From Camelus dromedarius (taxonomy: Eukaryota), in assembly GCF_036321535.1 (NCBI RefSeq), contig NC_087437.1:39372001-39436000 (forward strand): a stretch of 64,000 nucleotides of DNA, given 5' to 3'. Below, one piece after another: positions 1 to 12,293 of the stretch (positions are counted from its first letter, which is position 1; the number at the start of each line of letters is the position of its first letter). Both the position numbers and the translations under genes were made by a program. The notes under the pieces were generated by a model that was not told where the DNA came from, did not search any database, and saw nothing but the letters and a program-made list of their open reading frames with translations.

Positions 1-1591
1 ACAATTTTTTTTGACATTTTAATGTCTCTGAAATTAGGGAGTCTTAAAAACTGATAGCACAGCAGTACATAATTATACTGTAACTTTCTAACATAGTCTG
101 TTTTCCAGGAACACATTGAAGGAAAGTGCCTGTTACTACATTACAAATAATTTCTATCTCCCAGGCCCAAACATAGATGGAATATGAAGGGAAAAAAATC
201 AAATGAAATATGTGTATTAATTTTCAAACAGTTTGAAGTGGCTCAATTTTAAATGCCTGACGGATCATAATAGTTATTTCCAAGTTGGAATAAATAACTG
301 CCTGTTGGCTTCAGAGACAATAGTGATGCTCAGGCTGAGATATGTGTATTTGCTTTTTTTCTATAATAATAATGACAGGCCCAAGACACTGGGGGAAAAA
401 AAAAATCCTTCTGCTATTTTAAGATACTGTCTATCTCACTAACTGTGTTTTCGTGCCATCATTAATCAATTGTCTGAACAGAGAGAAGAAAGGGAAGGAA
501 GCCTGCAGACCACTTAATGTGCCTCACTTTAGCACAGCAGCAAAGAGCTCAGACTTCCTGGATGCCTACCTTTGTGAGTCTCCACACAATTAATGTGTTT
601 CGGAAGCTCGAGCTGAAACTTTTCAAACCTTTAGGAAGAAGATCTGTAATATCACTGAATTGCCTATGAATTCTTACAAGGATGATGTGTGTTAGCTATT
701 ACTAGGAAATTATATTTCATTATATTGTAGAATCTGAACTGTCCCCATTGTATGTTGCTAAATTTTTATTTAAATTTTAAGAGAATGCAAAATGGTAGTG
801 CTAGCATGCCCTTCTATAGTGTACTTAGAAGTGTACATGTTTATAACAAACTAAATGTGACGAAGCAGTCTGATGACTCTAATAATCATATCATGATCAA
901 AACCGTTTAACATTTTTATGCTTTACAAGCATTTTTCACCTCCATTATCTTGTTCAAACTTGGAAATTATCTAAGGGGAAACAATGATGTCTACTTCAAT
1001 ATTACAATACTGTTGAAACGGTAAAGAAGCCAATTCAAATTATATTTAGTCTCTTAAATTATTATTGCCATCAGTCTTGAATTATGTGTTCTTTGTGGTT
1101 CTAACATGAAGTCTTAATATTGCACTGTCTTGGATGTTATAGTCTTTTTTTCTATTCTATTTTAGATTTTTGAAAATGAAAAGTAAGACAATTCTGGTTG
1201 AAAACATATGAAAAGACTAGATGATAAATAGTTTTAAGAAATGCCCTGCAAACGTTTGCACAAGCCAGACTTCGTAAAGTGGCACATTCCACACACTTAG
1301 TATTCAAGTCCATTATCCACCTGACAAGATAGTAAAATATCCTACTCATCTGTTCAGGGCTAATTTTTCAAATTTTAATAATTTTATTATTAGTCCCTAG
1401 CAAGGCCTTTTAAAACTTTGCAAAGAATATTAATAACTCATTAAAGATTAATTATGTGTCAACTTTGAGGTCAAAGAGTTTGAGTGTGTTTTAGTTATCT
1501 GAGTTAAAATGTATCTGCTCTGGAAAGAACACACAGTGTAAGATGCTCTGCCTTTCTCACCAACTTCAAGTTCTTATTTATTAAACACATA

Positions 1592-1720
1592 CATGTAGAC
1601 ATTAACTCAGAGGTCTTTGACAACAATTAAGTGAGAAAATGATGGCCATGTACATACTAGTCAAGAAATTTGGTACGGAGGGCTGTCCTCCAAGGAAGAC
1701 AGGTGACCTCTGGAACCTTG
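1592..1720 (+). pseudogene. possible highly decayed EGF-module exon relic
   Basis: Fragments K*ENDGH and CPPRKTGDLWNL resemble module motifs (C.NDGHC; CPPG.TG..C) within a 129-nt span. Frameshifts present and no intact splice sites. Confidence 0.2.
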
Positions 1721-2104
1721 TGTGACTTGGTTTGCTAACTGGAGAATCAGTCCAAGATATGCCAGTTATGATGAAGTCTTCCTCACAGTCTAAAATCCGC
1801 ATCTTGTTTTCATGGAGCGTAACCATAGCATTTAGTTGAGTAGGAGTTTGGGAATAAGATGATCAATGAAAAATAGATATCTAAATGGGGAATAGAGGAC
1901 TTTTGAGATATGAATAGAAAAGGGAGATGAGGAAGAGAAGACAGGTCTTAAAGGAGTTGGTGTCAGTTCTTAAATAATTCTGGTTTTGATGGCTTCATAG
2001 GGCCAGCAAAAAATGAATAATCACAAATGTGAAAGCCAGCCAAAAAAACCTCATTAACATTGTTCTAATCAAAACTACTTATTTAAATTATGAATGTATT
2101 TCAA

Positions 2105-2270
2105 ATGTGACTTCTGGTGAATTATAGGTCATTTCCTTTTCATTTTCCTAATTTTTCAAATTGGAATAACAATAATTCCCTTTGGTGAAGGATTGCTGTG
2201 AGGACCAGGGTTACTATATAAAAACTGCTCCACAGTCTTCTCATGGTAGATCCTCAATAATTAGTAACTC
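2105..2270 (+). mobile_element. MIR SINE fragment
   Basis: Diverged MIR core and 3' end (..aaattggaataacaataatt..gattgctgtgagga..ctcaataa). Confidence 0.55.
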
Positions 2271-2758
2271 TTACTATGACAGTTAATTTTCTAAATATCC
2301 AGATACTGCTTTCCAAGAGATTTAAATTTAAAAAAAAAAGATAATCTGGTGAACTGTGCTGTGTTATTTATGTAAATTTCTGTAGTCATTTTCACTACCG
2401 ATTTGGGGGAAAAGACAGTTTCTCTGTCTTTCAGAGGGTGTGTTTGTCTCATTATAGGTGCTAGTAAGTCCATCCCCAAAGCTTTCTGCCTTCGTTTCTT
2501 TATAAAAAATGCTTTGGGGGAAATTATATTCCTTCTTGGACTTCTGTAACTTAAATGAAAGACTCTGCCAGTCAGCACCACCAGCTTTCCCTTGGTCCTG
2601 GCACACAGCACATGAATTGGTTTCCAAGGCAAAGCATTCAATAATCTGTATGCAAAGTAGTATTTTTACATAGCTCTGAATGTCATATCCAAATGTAAAG
2701 CTGCCTGTTGCCTCAAGTGTGAAATTCACTCTCATTTGAATTTTGTGTTTCTTTGCAA

Positions 2759-2884
2759 CTAGTGGTGCTGGTATTTGCAGACTGGGCCATGAAACACATG
2801 TGGCAATGGTTAGAAGTAGTAACAACTATGACCTCTCCTACAGTTGCCTCCGTCTTCAGGAAGAGGGTTTCCTGTGGTGGCCAC
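2759..2884 (+). pseudogene. decayed EGF-module exon relic
   Basis: Polypyrimidine tract ends in AA instead of AG. Reads SGAGICRLGHET..YDLSYSCLRLQE, where mostly single-base changes give CGAG.WGLGC...CD...SCLCLPG. Confidence 0.3.
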
Positions 2885-3714
2885 CCCGGGGCCAAAGCAG
2901 GAAATCTACAGGAGTCAGGGAATAGGATTTTTTCTTTTTAATTTTTTTTGGTCTTGATGAGATTTTACAGTCTCTTCCAAGTTATAGCTTTTTCAATATG
3001 TTGTGATCACCAGTGTTTTTAGAAAGCTCATGTTTAAAATTATATGGTTTCTTTTATCACTTGAATTCAAATATGTAATAGATTGGATACCAAGTTATTT
3101 TCAGATTCCTTTGCCTGGGAACAGTCTGCTCAGCAATTAGAGTTTGGTTCTTAAGAAGAAAGAATATTAGGATGTTTGTCTTTGCTCACTTAAGAGAAGA
3201 CCACCCTGGGACCAATGTCCCGGTTGGCATCTGTCCGTGATGATTTGAAGATACTAGTCATTTTTCTGAGCACATTTCATCTTGAGCTTTTGAGGTTGAT
3301 TTCAGTTCAAAGTGCCAATTGAGAATGAAAAGGTTACTAGAGAGTTTGCCTATTCATGATGCAACTCGCTTTTCATCTGGGTCCCCAGTCACCTCGTGCC
3401 TGGATCACTTTTAATCTTCCCACTGCTTTCCTGTACCAGCTACTTGTCCTTTGAACTACCTTTTCTAATGCAGAGGGTCAAGGACAAGAAAGCATTGTCT
3501 CTGAGGTTAAAACCAGACCTCCTGTTTAGGTAAAGCAGTTTACCAGAAATTTGGGTTTATAAAGCCATTAACTGTAGTAATTGTATGGGGCACTTTGAAC
3601 TGCTCCTCATATGAGCTAGCAAAAAATGGTAATAGTAGCTATAATCTAGGATCAAAAAAGGAATGTAAGAAAACATCTTTTCTTTAAAGAGGGAATTTCT
3701 CACTGTAATGTTGG

Positions 3715-4127
3715 GCAAGATTACATAGCTACTGCTCTGTAACACATTGCCTCCAAGTTTAATGACACAAAACAATAACTATTTATTATTGCTCAAGAGT
3801 CCATGGAATTAAAAAAAAATAAAGTCCATGGATGGACTGGGCAGTTGTGCTGTCTTGGCCAGACTCAGCTGGACTCTCAAGAGTCTGTGGGCAGCTGGCA
3901 GATCTGTCTGGTCCAAGGTGGCCTCTGAGGTCTAATCTCAGAACCACACGCTGTCACTTCTCTATGGTCAACTGGCCAAGTCACAAGGCCAGCTAAGATC
4001 CAAGGGGTGGAGAGGTGGAGAGGTCAGCTCCACGTCTGGAAGGGAAGAGCTGAAAGTCACATTGCAAAGGTCAGGGATTCAGGCCTGGGAGGAGAACTGG
4101 GGGCGTTTTTACCATCAGTCAACCACA
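3715..4127 (-). mobile_element. MLT1-family MaLR solo LTR
   Basis: Motifs aaaacaataactatttattattgctca, aagtcacaaggccagc, aagtcacattgcaaagg; terminal accaca. Confidence 0.75.
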
Positions 4128-5533
4128 GTTGCTTTCTCAGATGATGAGGGGCAGTACTGACAGCCCCTCGTATGCTGGATCACACCAAGTCTTTTATTCA
4201 TGGCAATCTCCACAGGGCAAAAGCGAGATATGAGGTTGGAATTATCTCTGGCCCTCAGTGAAGTCAGCATTTGAGAAAAATAACTAGAGAGCTCCATATT
4301 GTGGCTTTGCCCTGGTTAATACATTTCTGTGTTTGGTTTACAATGGACATAATTTCTGTATTTAATGGAGGCTTGATTTTACTAGTTCTGAAAATGTTTC
4401 TTCTTTTTTCTTTCATATAGGTGTGTATATGTGTGCATATGTGTGTTTATGTATATGTGTGTGCATATATGTGTTTCTCTATGTATATATGGATAGATGT
4501 ACACACACAGGTACATTCTTGTTCCACTTCTGCCAGCATGCCAGCATCCTTGTCACTCTTTGGCACTGTGAGGCACCACCTTGACTACTGATTATTCTAA
4601 AGTTCACTGCCCAGAGGAGGAGATGTTACCTGCCTCACTGGGGCCAAACAGTTACTTTATAGAGAGTGAAGATGTTAATGAGCATGTTTACACATCCTTT
4701 CATGCAATAGTTCTAATGGAAAAGTCCATGGGCTCAGCAATAGGGGACTTCCAATCTGGCCCATAATTTTGCACCTAGGGTGGCTGCATTTATAATCTTC
4801 TGTTGGTTGTAGTATTGTCATCCCCATTAAGAATTTAATGAGCACCACCAGGCCTAACTAATGCACGGAACACAGAGGTAGCCACATCCTCCTGCCCAGC
4901 AAGCTGTTGCTTGATTACAGAGTGGCTGGTGTGCCAGAGGACCAGGGGCCTCCCCATTTTCACTTACTTCATAAATCTAGACACAGACCTCACTTTGGGG
5001 CTCGTATTATTAAGTGGAGACTACAGAGGAAAAATAAACCCCATTTGGTAAAGTAAACGTTGCACCTGCTTCTGTAACTGCCCGTGGTTTATTACTGCTG
5101 TATGCTATTTCCTGCCGTACTTGTAACAGTGATCGTGAGGGACCTTTTAAAGACTTGCTGATGCCTCTTGGGCAGGTTCAGGATCATACAGTTTATAAAT
5201 AATTCTACCTACATATCTTATATCTTCAGGATTCCTCCTGCCTTGCTTTGCTTGTTATTAGTGTAACTGCATGAAAATGGGTTATTTGGATATTTGCCCT
5301 GTGAGAGCTGTTGTTTATTCTTCCGTCCAAGTCAGGATCACGTGTTTTCCCTGCTGTAGTCATTTCCACAGCAGGTGAAGATTCGTCAGTTGAAGTGAGG
5401 GAAACAATATAGGCACAGATACACTTCTCAGAAGCCACTGTGATCTCACTGAAAATTCTTTTGTTTGCTTTTTAAACTTTTTGTGGTGGCTTTTATTTAA
5501 GGATTCATAGCTGGCTATTTGGACCGCAGTTTA

Positions 5534-5536
<3 letters not shown>

Positions 5537-5582
<46 letters not shown>
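5537..5582. repeat. (GT)23 microsatellite
   Basis: Direct reading. Confidence 0.97.
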
Positions 5583-5584
<2 letters not shown>

Positions 5585-5924
5585 GGGGGTGTTCACATCA
5601 CAGTGACATTTTATTGTACCTCAGGTGCATATATTTTATAGACATCACCCCCTCTGCCTGCAACAGAAGTTATATATTAGAGTCAGCAAAGTATATGTGA
5701 TTCTTTTTAGTTTATATCGTTTTAATTCTCCGGAGACACTTAAAATATAAGCTTCTATATTCAAGCTTTATTTTTTGTCACCTTCATTTTGAGGGAAGTT
5801 AGAAAAAAGTATAAAATATCATGTGTTTACAGTTAAAACTATGGTTTTTATTTAGAATTCAGAAATGTGCTTATGTACCAGGGTTTACACAAAACACCTA
5901 TACAATTTTATTTCATATTTTACA

Positions 5925-6080
5925 AAGTATTTCACTAAAATATCTGTTAAAAATACAAATTAATGGCCCCTTGTCAGGCCTGCTGAATCAGACTCTCTGG
6001 GAATAGAGACAGTGTATCTTCACTTTTAAATCAATCCCCTAGATATTGCTTATGCATATTAAAGTTTGAGAAACACTGCT
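5925..6080. mobile_element. MER5-like hAT-Charlie MITE
   Basis: ctgaatcagactctctggga...aagtttgagaaacactg terminal motif. Confidence 0.7.
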
Positions 6081-6727
6081 AAGCTTATCCTAGAGTTAAA
6101 TTTAATTATTAGAAAATGATATACTGGGATCTTATTAATGTAATTCCCTAGAGAATTTTCTTCATGGTACACTGATTCCCTATTTTGGGCTTGACTTTTA
6201 TCAAGAATCAGTATAGGAAATGACAACATGTAAAGTGATTCTGTACTTTTACTAAGCTATCATCAAATGATAGTTTTTTGTGTTGTTCAGAGGCCCTCAC
6301 TGAGAAATTCACATGACACTTCCCCCTTCAACCTAACTAAACTGTGTAATTGTAACACACGTATAGAAAAGTGAATGAATCATAAGAGTTCAGTGTGATA
6401 CATTTTTGAAAATGAACACATCCATGTCACCAACACTCAGACTGTGGAATAAAATACTGTCAATATTCCTAGAAGCCCCCTTATGCCTCATGGAAGAGTA
6501 ACTTTCCTGACTTCTAGTGCTGTAGATCCACTTTGCCAGCTGGCTTTTTGATCTTTATGCAAATACAATCATGATGTATGTGCTCTTGAGTATCTGGTTG
6601 CTTTTACTAAACATATTTGTGAGATTCATCTGTAATGTTGGATAATGTTACAGTTCGCTCATTCTTAGTGCTGTTTAGTATTTCATTTTATGAGTATTCC
6701 ACACTTTCCAAGTTCATTGTTGATGGA

Positions 6728-7221
6728 TGTATTAGTTATCTATGTCTGCATAGCGAATTACCCCTAATCTGCAACAAACTTGCACCTTTAAAGAACAAAC
6801 ATAATCTTACACTGTTTCTGAGGATCAGGAACCCGGGCGCAGTGCCACTGGGGGTCTCTGACTCAGCGTCTCTTACGAGATTCTGCTGAAGCTGCCAGCC
6901 AGGCTCAGTCTCTGAAGAACTGACTGAAGCAGACTTCTTCCAAGTTCACTTATGCGTCCATTGGCCAATGGCTTCAATTTCTCAGCTCATAGGTCTCTGC
7001 ATGGCATTTCTCATAATATGGTGGCTGGCTTTCCCAAGGGAGTTTTTGAGACAGACAGAGAGAGAGAAAGAAAAGAGAGAAAGGAGGGGAGGAGGAGGGA
7101 GAGCACAGGAGAGAAGCCGAAGTCTTCGGTAACTGACTTTCAGTGTGAGAGGGGACTGCAAAGGAATGTGAATTCCAGAAAGCAGGGACGTTGCAGACCG
7201 TCTCCGAGGCTGGCTACCACC
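6728..7221 (-). mobile_element. MLT1-family MaLR solo LTR nested in the L1
   Basis: tgtattagttatct...ggctggctaccac termini; L1 sequence resumes on both sides. Confidence 0.8.
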
Positions 7222-8421
7222 GTGGTTATGGGAGTAGTTTTCAATTTGGGGCCAAAAAGAATCGTAATATAAAACATTTCTTTATATATATTGTGCCAGT
7301 CAGTACATCAGGCCTTTCTGTCAGGTATAGTAGGGGAATTCCTGCATCAGACAGACACCACCAAAGAGTTTTCCAAAATGCTTGTAAAATTTTACACTTT
7401 TATAAGAAATACTCACGTTGCGAAAACACTTGATAATCACATGTATTTTTTGTTTTAGCCATTCTGGGGGTGTGTTTAATGGTATCTCATTGTGATTTTA
7501 ATTTGCACTCACCTGAAAATTAATGATATTTATTCCTTTTTATATGCTTATTGTGATTTGGATTTTCTCTTTTGTGAATGTCTGTTCTAGTAGTATGCCC
7601 AAGTTTTAAGTGGGTTGCCTGCATTTCATTATTGGCCTGTAAAAGTTCTTCCTATCTCCTGTATAGTCCTTCATAGGCTGTATGTGTTACAAATATTACA
7701 AATATGTGACATACATTTGCACTCTGTTACTACTAATATCCTTCAATGAACAGAGGTTCTTAATTTTAATATGGTTGAATTTTTCATTATTTTCCTTTTT
7801 GTCTTTGTGTTTAACTTTTTGAGCCCTGTTTAATAATTCTTTGCCTACTCAAGCTCATGTGTATATTTGGTTATGTTTTTTCCTAAAAGCTTTGTTGTCT
7901 TATCTTTCAAATTTAAATCTACAGTTCATCTAGCAATATAGAAAGGATAATATGCCTTGCCCAAGGGAGTTTATAACAGGAATTCAAAGGCAGTTTTGCA
8001 GTTGAAAGTCAATCAGTGTAGAGCACCACAGTATTAGGGGAAAATAGGACCAAAAATTACACGTGTTAATAGATGCAGAAAAGTGTCTGAAAAATTCAAC
8101 ACTCATTATAATAAAACACACACCCATATACGTACATATATCCATACACATATTCTTAGCAAATGAGGAAAAGTACTTCCTAAGTCTGATTTTTAAATAA
8201 ATCTATAAAAATAAATAAAGCAAGCATTATACTTTGTGGTAAAATGCTAAAATTATTTCCTTAAGGTCGGAAATACAAGACAAGAATGCTGTTATCACCA
8301 CTTCTTTGCAAAATTGCCCTTGAAGTCGCATCCAGTGTAATAAGTCAAGAAAAAACCTGCTAGAAAGAAATACTTAAAATTCCCATTATTCCTGGACTAC
8401 ATGATTATGTGTCTAGGAAAT

Positions 8422-8502
8422 CTCAAAGAAACTACATACTGTTAGAACTAAAAGGTAACTTACTCAAAGAAACTACATACTGTTAGAACTAAAAGGTAAC
8501 TT
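8422..8502. repeat. perfect tandem duplication, 41-bp period
   Basis: ctcaaagaaactacatactgttagaactaaaaggtaactt at 8422-8461 and 8463-8502. Confidence 0.95.
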
Positions 8503-9869
8503 TAGCAAGGTTACCTGGATACTGTATCAATGAAGAGAGACGAATTGTATTTCTGTATCCAAGAAGCAAACAAATAGAATATGAATTTTTTTAAAGATTC
8601 AATTTATAATTTCGTTCGAGAATGTCAAATATTAAAAAAAAGATAAATTAGATGCAAGGTATCTAATGCCTGTAACTTAAAACTACAAAATATTGTTGTC
8701 AGAAATTTTAAAAGAGCTCAATAATGGAGACATATACCATGGCCATGGATTGGAAATTTCAACCCACAGTGACTGATACTGCTAGCTCAATCGGGATCAA
8801 AATCCCTGCCGTTTTGGGGGATTAGGAAGCTGGCTCTAAAATATCTTTGGAAAAGTAAAGATCTAAGAAGAGCCAAGACAATCTTGGAGAGTAAGAACAG
8901 AGCTAGAGAACTTTCATTACTAGATGAAACTGTAGTAATTAGATAATGTAGTATTGGTCCAGATATGGATGAATAGACCAATGGAACATAATAAAAAGTT
9001 CAGCAAAATGACCTTATCATACAAAGTCAATAAATTTATGACAAAAATCACCCTACAGTGCAGTAGGCATGTAATGGTCTTTTCAATAATGACATTAGAT
9101 CACTTGAATTCTCACATAGGAATAAAAATAAAAGAATCTTCACCCCTGCCTCACATCACACCACAAGCCAAAATATTTTAAGTGTACTAGTACAAAGATA
9201 CGTGTCCTTTCTTTAAAAAAGTGTTTTTTTTTTATCAGTTAGAGAACTATATTTTTATTTATTCATTTGTTTTTGCTTTAGCTATCTAGAAAGTCATGGA
9301 TAAAGTATGTCTGATCATAGTAATTTTCTTTAATCTAAGATTTTTGTCCTTTTTATCACAAGATTCTTGTTCTTTTATCCTTGTTTTAATGATCCTATTT
9401 TACAGGACTTTGCTTTTTGTGCAAGTTATTTTAAATCCTCTTTTTTGAAATAGACAGGGTATAAATAATGAATAAATCAATCAATGAAGCAAGTTAAACT
9501 TCTTTTGAAATTTTGAAGCCTGATTGAATTGTCAAAAAGAATGATAGCTCTTGTAATACTCCTAGTAATTGCACTTTGATAAAATTATAACTGTCCAACA
9601 TCATATTGCCAATACATATTATGCATATAAATATTACATGGAATATTCTTTAAATGTTAACATATGTATCAGTGTTAAAAATAAGTAGCATTTACATGGA
9701 GAAAGAAGCTGCTTTTTATAAGCTGCCTATAATATAGGCATGAACCAAAAAACATTTCATTCGTTTCTCTTTAGTCCTCACAATGGAGGAGTAAGGAGGG
9801 GAGAAGGAATAACTGTTTAGAAGGTAGAAAGTGTAATGATATAAGTCTTTCCACCCCTATTAATGATGA

Positions 9870-10045
9870 AGAACACGGGCTTTAGAGTTACCAAACCAAC
9901 CTGCATGGGAACCCCAGCCCTGCTACTTTGTGACTGTGTAATCCATCGACAGGTTACTTTACTTAAGCCTCAATTTCTTTATATCCAGAGTGGGGCTAAT
10001 AATACCTGCCTCATACAAGCTTAACTCTGTGTTTGGCTGAATATA
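9870..10045 (+). mobile_element. MIR SINE fragment
   Basis: aagcctcaatttcttt...ggggctaataatacctgcctcata. Confidence 0.65.
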
Positions 10046-10213
10046 TTCATGAGATGTTGTTTTGCAGAGTGTAATTTTCTAAGTCTTACTATCCATCCTA
10101 ATTTAAATGGATGATCTTGAGATTCTGGAAGAGAATAAAACTTGGGACACCTATATGAAACAAGCTAGCTGAATACGGAATAGCTCAAGTAGGAGAGCAG
10201 GTTAAAAACTCAG

Positions 10214-10353
10214 ATGATGCGGGGCACATAAGCAGTTCGGAACATTGTGTGCAGCCCACCGATTGCAGTGAGGACCTGGGGAGTTGTAACCTGGGAAACT
10301 GTAGATGCTGTTGCTGTTCTGTGAAGTGCTATGGCACTGGCGGGCTCTCCAAG
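10214..10353 (+). pseudogene. decayed EGF-module exon relic
   Basis: After CAG at 10211-10213 reads DAGH..HCVQPTDCSEDLGSCNLGNCRCCC. Spacing matches the recalled MEGF6 module DTGH..DCSHPCNCSAGHGSCDAISGLCLC. No donor. Confidence 0.45.
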
Positions 10354-10583
10354 CTCCCATTCCACTTCACGCACGTGGCCATAAAGAGCAGCTCGTGTTA
10401 CCCTCATCAGAGCAGTACCTGCATCCCAAAATAATATTTTAATGACCTCTCTGGTCTGCATTTGGGGAGATCATTTTAGAGTTTTGTCTTCTACTAGGTT
10501 AAGTCATCCTCCCAGTCAGATCCCTGCATTTGGGGAAATCTCTTTCACAGTGTCCTTCCTAGAGAGTATTTTATCTAATTCAG

Positions 10584-10710
10584 AATGCCCAGAGGGAACC
10601 TTTGATCCAAAATGTAAGGTCAGGAACCAAATTCAGAATCAGTGTGTCTGTGGTGGAGGGAGAAGCCTGCACGTGTTCAGGAGGATGGACAGGGACAGGC
10701 TGTGGAAAAG
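10584..10710 (+). pseudogene. frameshifted EGF-module exon (127 nt)
   Basis: ttcag|AATGCCCAGAGGGAACC...GGAAAAG|gt. ECPEGTFDPKCKVRNQIQNQCVC, then a frame switch to ACTCSGGWTGTGCGK. 2 nt short of 129, two Cys lost. Confidence 0.75.
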
Positions 10711-11806
10711 GTGGTTTCCTTCCTTCCTGCCTCAGTCTGGTTGTTGATGTTTTTAGGCCCCATCACCTTTAGCAAAGACAGATTTTTGTCACCAAACATA
10801 GGAGCTGAACCCTATGTTGCACGGAAAGTTTCTAGGTACTTTTCCCTTTCTATTGATACCCATATCTAGTGGCATTTGCAATGGTCTTATTTAACTTTTC
10901 CCATTGCTCAGGTGACAGAACACCATATCAGGATGCAAATAAGGGAGCATTTTTGGTATTTAACACTAAGTCAGCCCTTCCTTCTTCCCCCTTCCCTACC
11001 AGGGACCCACCATTTCTATTGACAGCCCAGAATATTCTGTGATAGGACAGGGAGGGAAATAGTGGATTATGTCCTTCACTTCAACAAGACCCTGTTCTAA
11101 GAATTCTGTACACCTTAAGTTGAGGTTATATAGATTACAAAGTACAGATTAATAGCCAAGCAGCCAAATTAAAATGCACTAAAGACCTAATGTCACCTTA
11201 AAACCTCACCATAGAAAGAAGAGTTCTGAGTAGCTACTTTGGTAAACAAATCTATAAAAGTTCAATTTTTATTGCTTGTAAGAAGTTGATAGGCATGCAA
11301 ATATCTAAAATTAAGCAAGGCTAGAGGAAAAATAAATTCAGTTTTCAAAAATGATTAAAATCTAGAAGCGAATTTGCCATCACGGAGTAATTTGCTAAAC
11401 TGAAGCAAGAGTTAATTTGGATTGAATTTGTTGCATAGCTCATGCATGAAATGATCTGTTGCTTGTTCTTGTGAAGTTGTTTTCACACTAAGAAACAGCA
11501 GAGGGGGAAAATGTATTCTGTCTAAGGCGCTGTAAAAATATTGAAAGCTCTGACTGAGGTTTTTGGTAGAGGTATCTGACTACAACTTGTCATTTACACT
11601 TTATGGGGCAATAATTGTTAAGCCAAAAAAAAAAAAAAAAAAAAAAACGCAGAAGCTTAACTTTCAGAACGATTTATTAATGTAGACTGGGTTCAGACAC
11701 CCAATTCAGGCACCTTGAGACTGTCACTCATGTGATTACACTGCCATCGTGTGGTTTTAAAGATCCTTTTCCATTAAAAAAAAAATCAAAAGGAATGATC
11801 TCTTAC

Positions 11807-11935
11807 TTACAAAAAGGAAATTATAATAATCCGAGTGTCGTCTCTGCTTTTCTTGCTGGTGGTTCTCCATGGACGATAGTCCATGGATTACCCCAGGTAG
11901 AACAGGGGGATGGCAACGTGGGGGTGGCAGGCTAC
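11807..11935 (+). pseudogene. decayed EGF-module exon relic
   Basis: ECRLCFSC / GGSPWTIVHG / PGRTGGWQRGGGRL pieces in shifting frames, ending at donor C|GTAAGA (11936). The 5' edge is estimated. Confidence 0.35.
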
Positions 11936-12122
11936 GTAAGATGCTAATAATTCTGTAAAATTCCTCAGGGATTCGGCTCCTGCCCAGCAAATGCCATCAG
12001 GACTTTTGCTAGGATATACCACCTTTATTGACCTTTTCTGCATGACTCTGGCATTTATGATGTATGTTCAGAGAAATCTGAAAAATTCCCTATAGATATC
12101 AATCGGTACATAGATCTCAAAC

Positions 12123-12293
12123 CAAGTTCCCCAAAACAGCAACGTCAGTATCCCTGGAGAACTTGGTAGAAATTCAGATTCTTCAGCTCCATCCTGTACA
12201 GAATCAGAAACTCCGGAGGTGGGGTCCAGAAATCTGTGTTTTTAATAGGCTCTCCAGGTGATTCTGACATTTGCTGAAGTTTGAGAACCACTG
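12123..12293. mobile_element. MER5A hAT-Charlie MITE
   Basis: aatcagaaactccggaggtgggg...ctccaggtgattctga..aagtttgagaaccactg. Confidence 0.85.

Larger units (their letters stand above)
6345..9180 (-). mobile_element. old L1M element with 5' inversion (3' part on - strand 6345-7930; ORF2 fragment on + strand 7935-9180)
   Basis: Antisense L1 3'UTR/ORF2 motifs, then sense ORF2 motifs (atagatgcagaaaa..aaaattcaacac; aatagaccaatggaaca). Confidence 0.8.
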
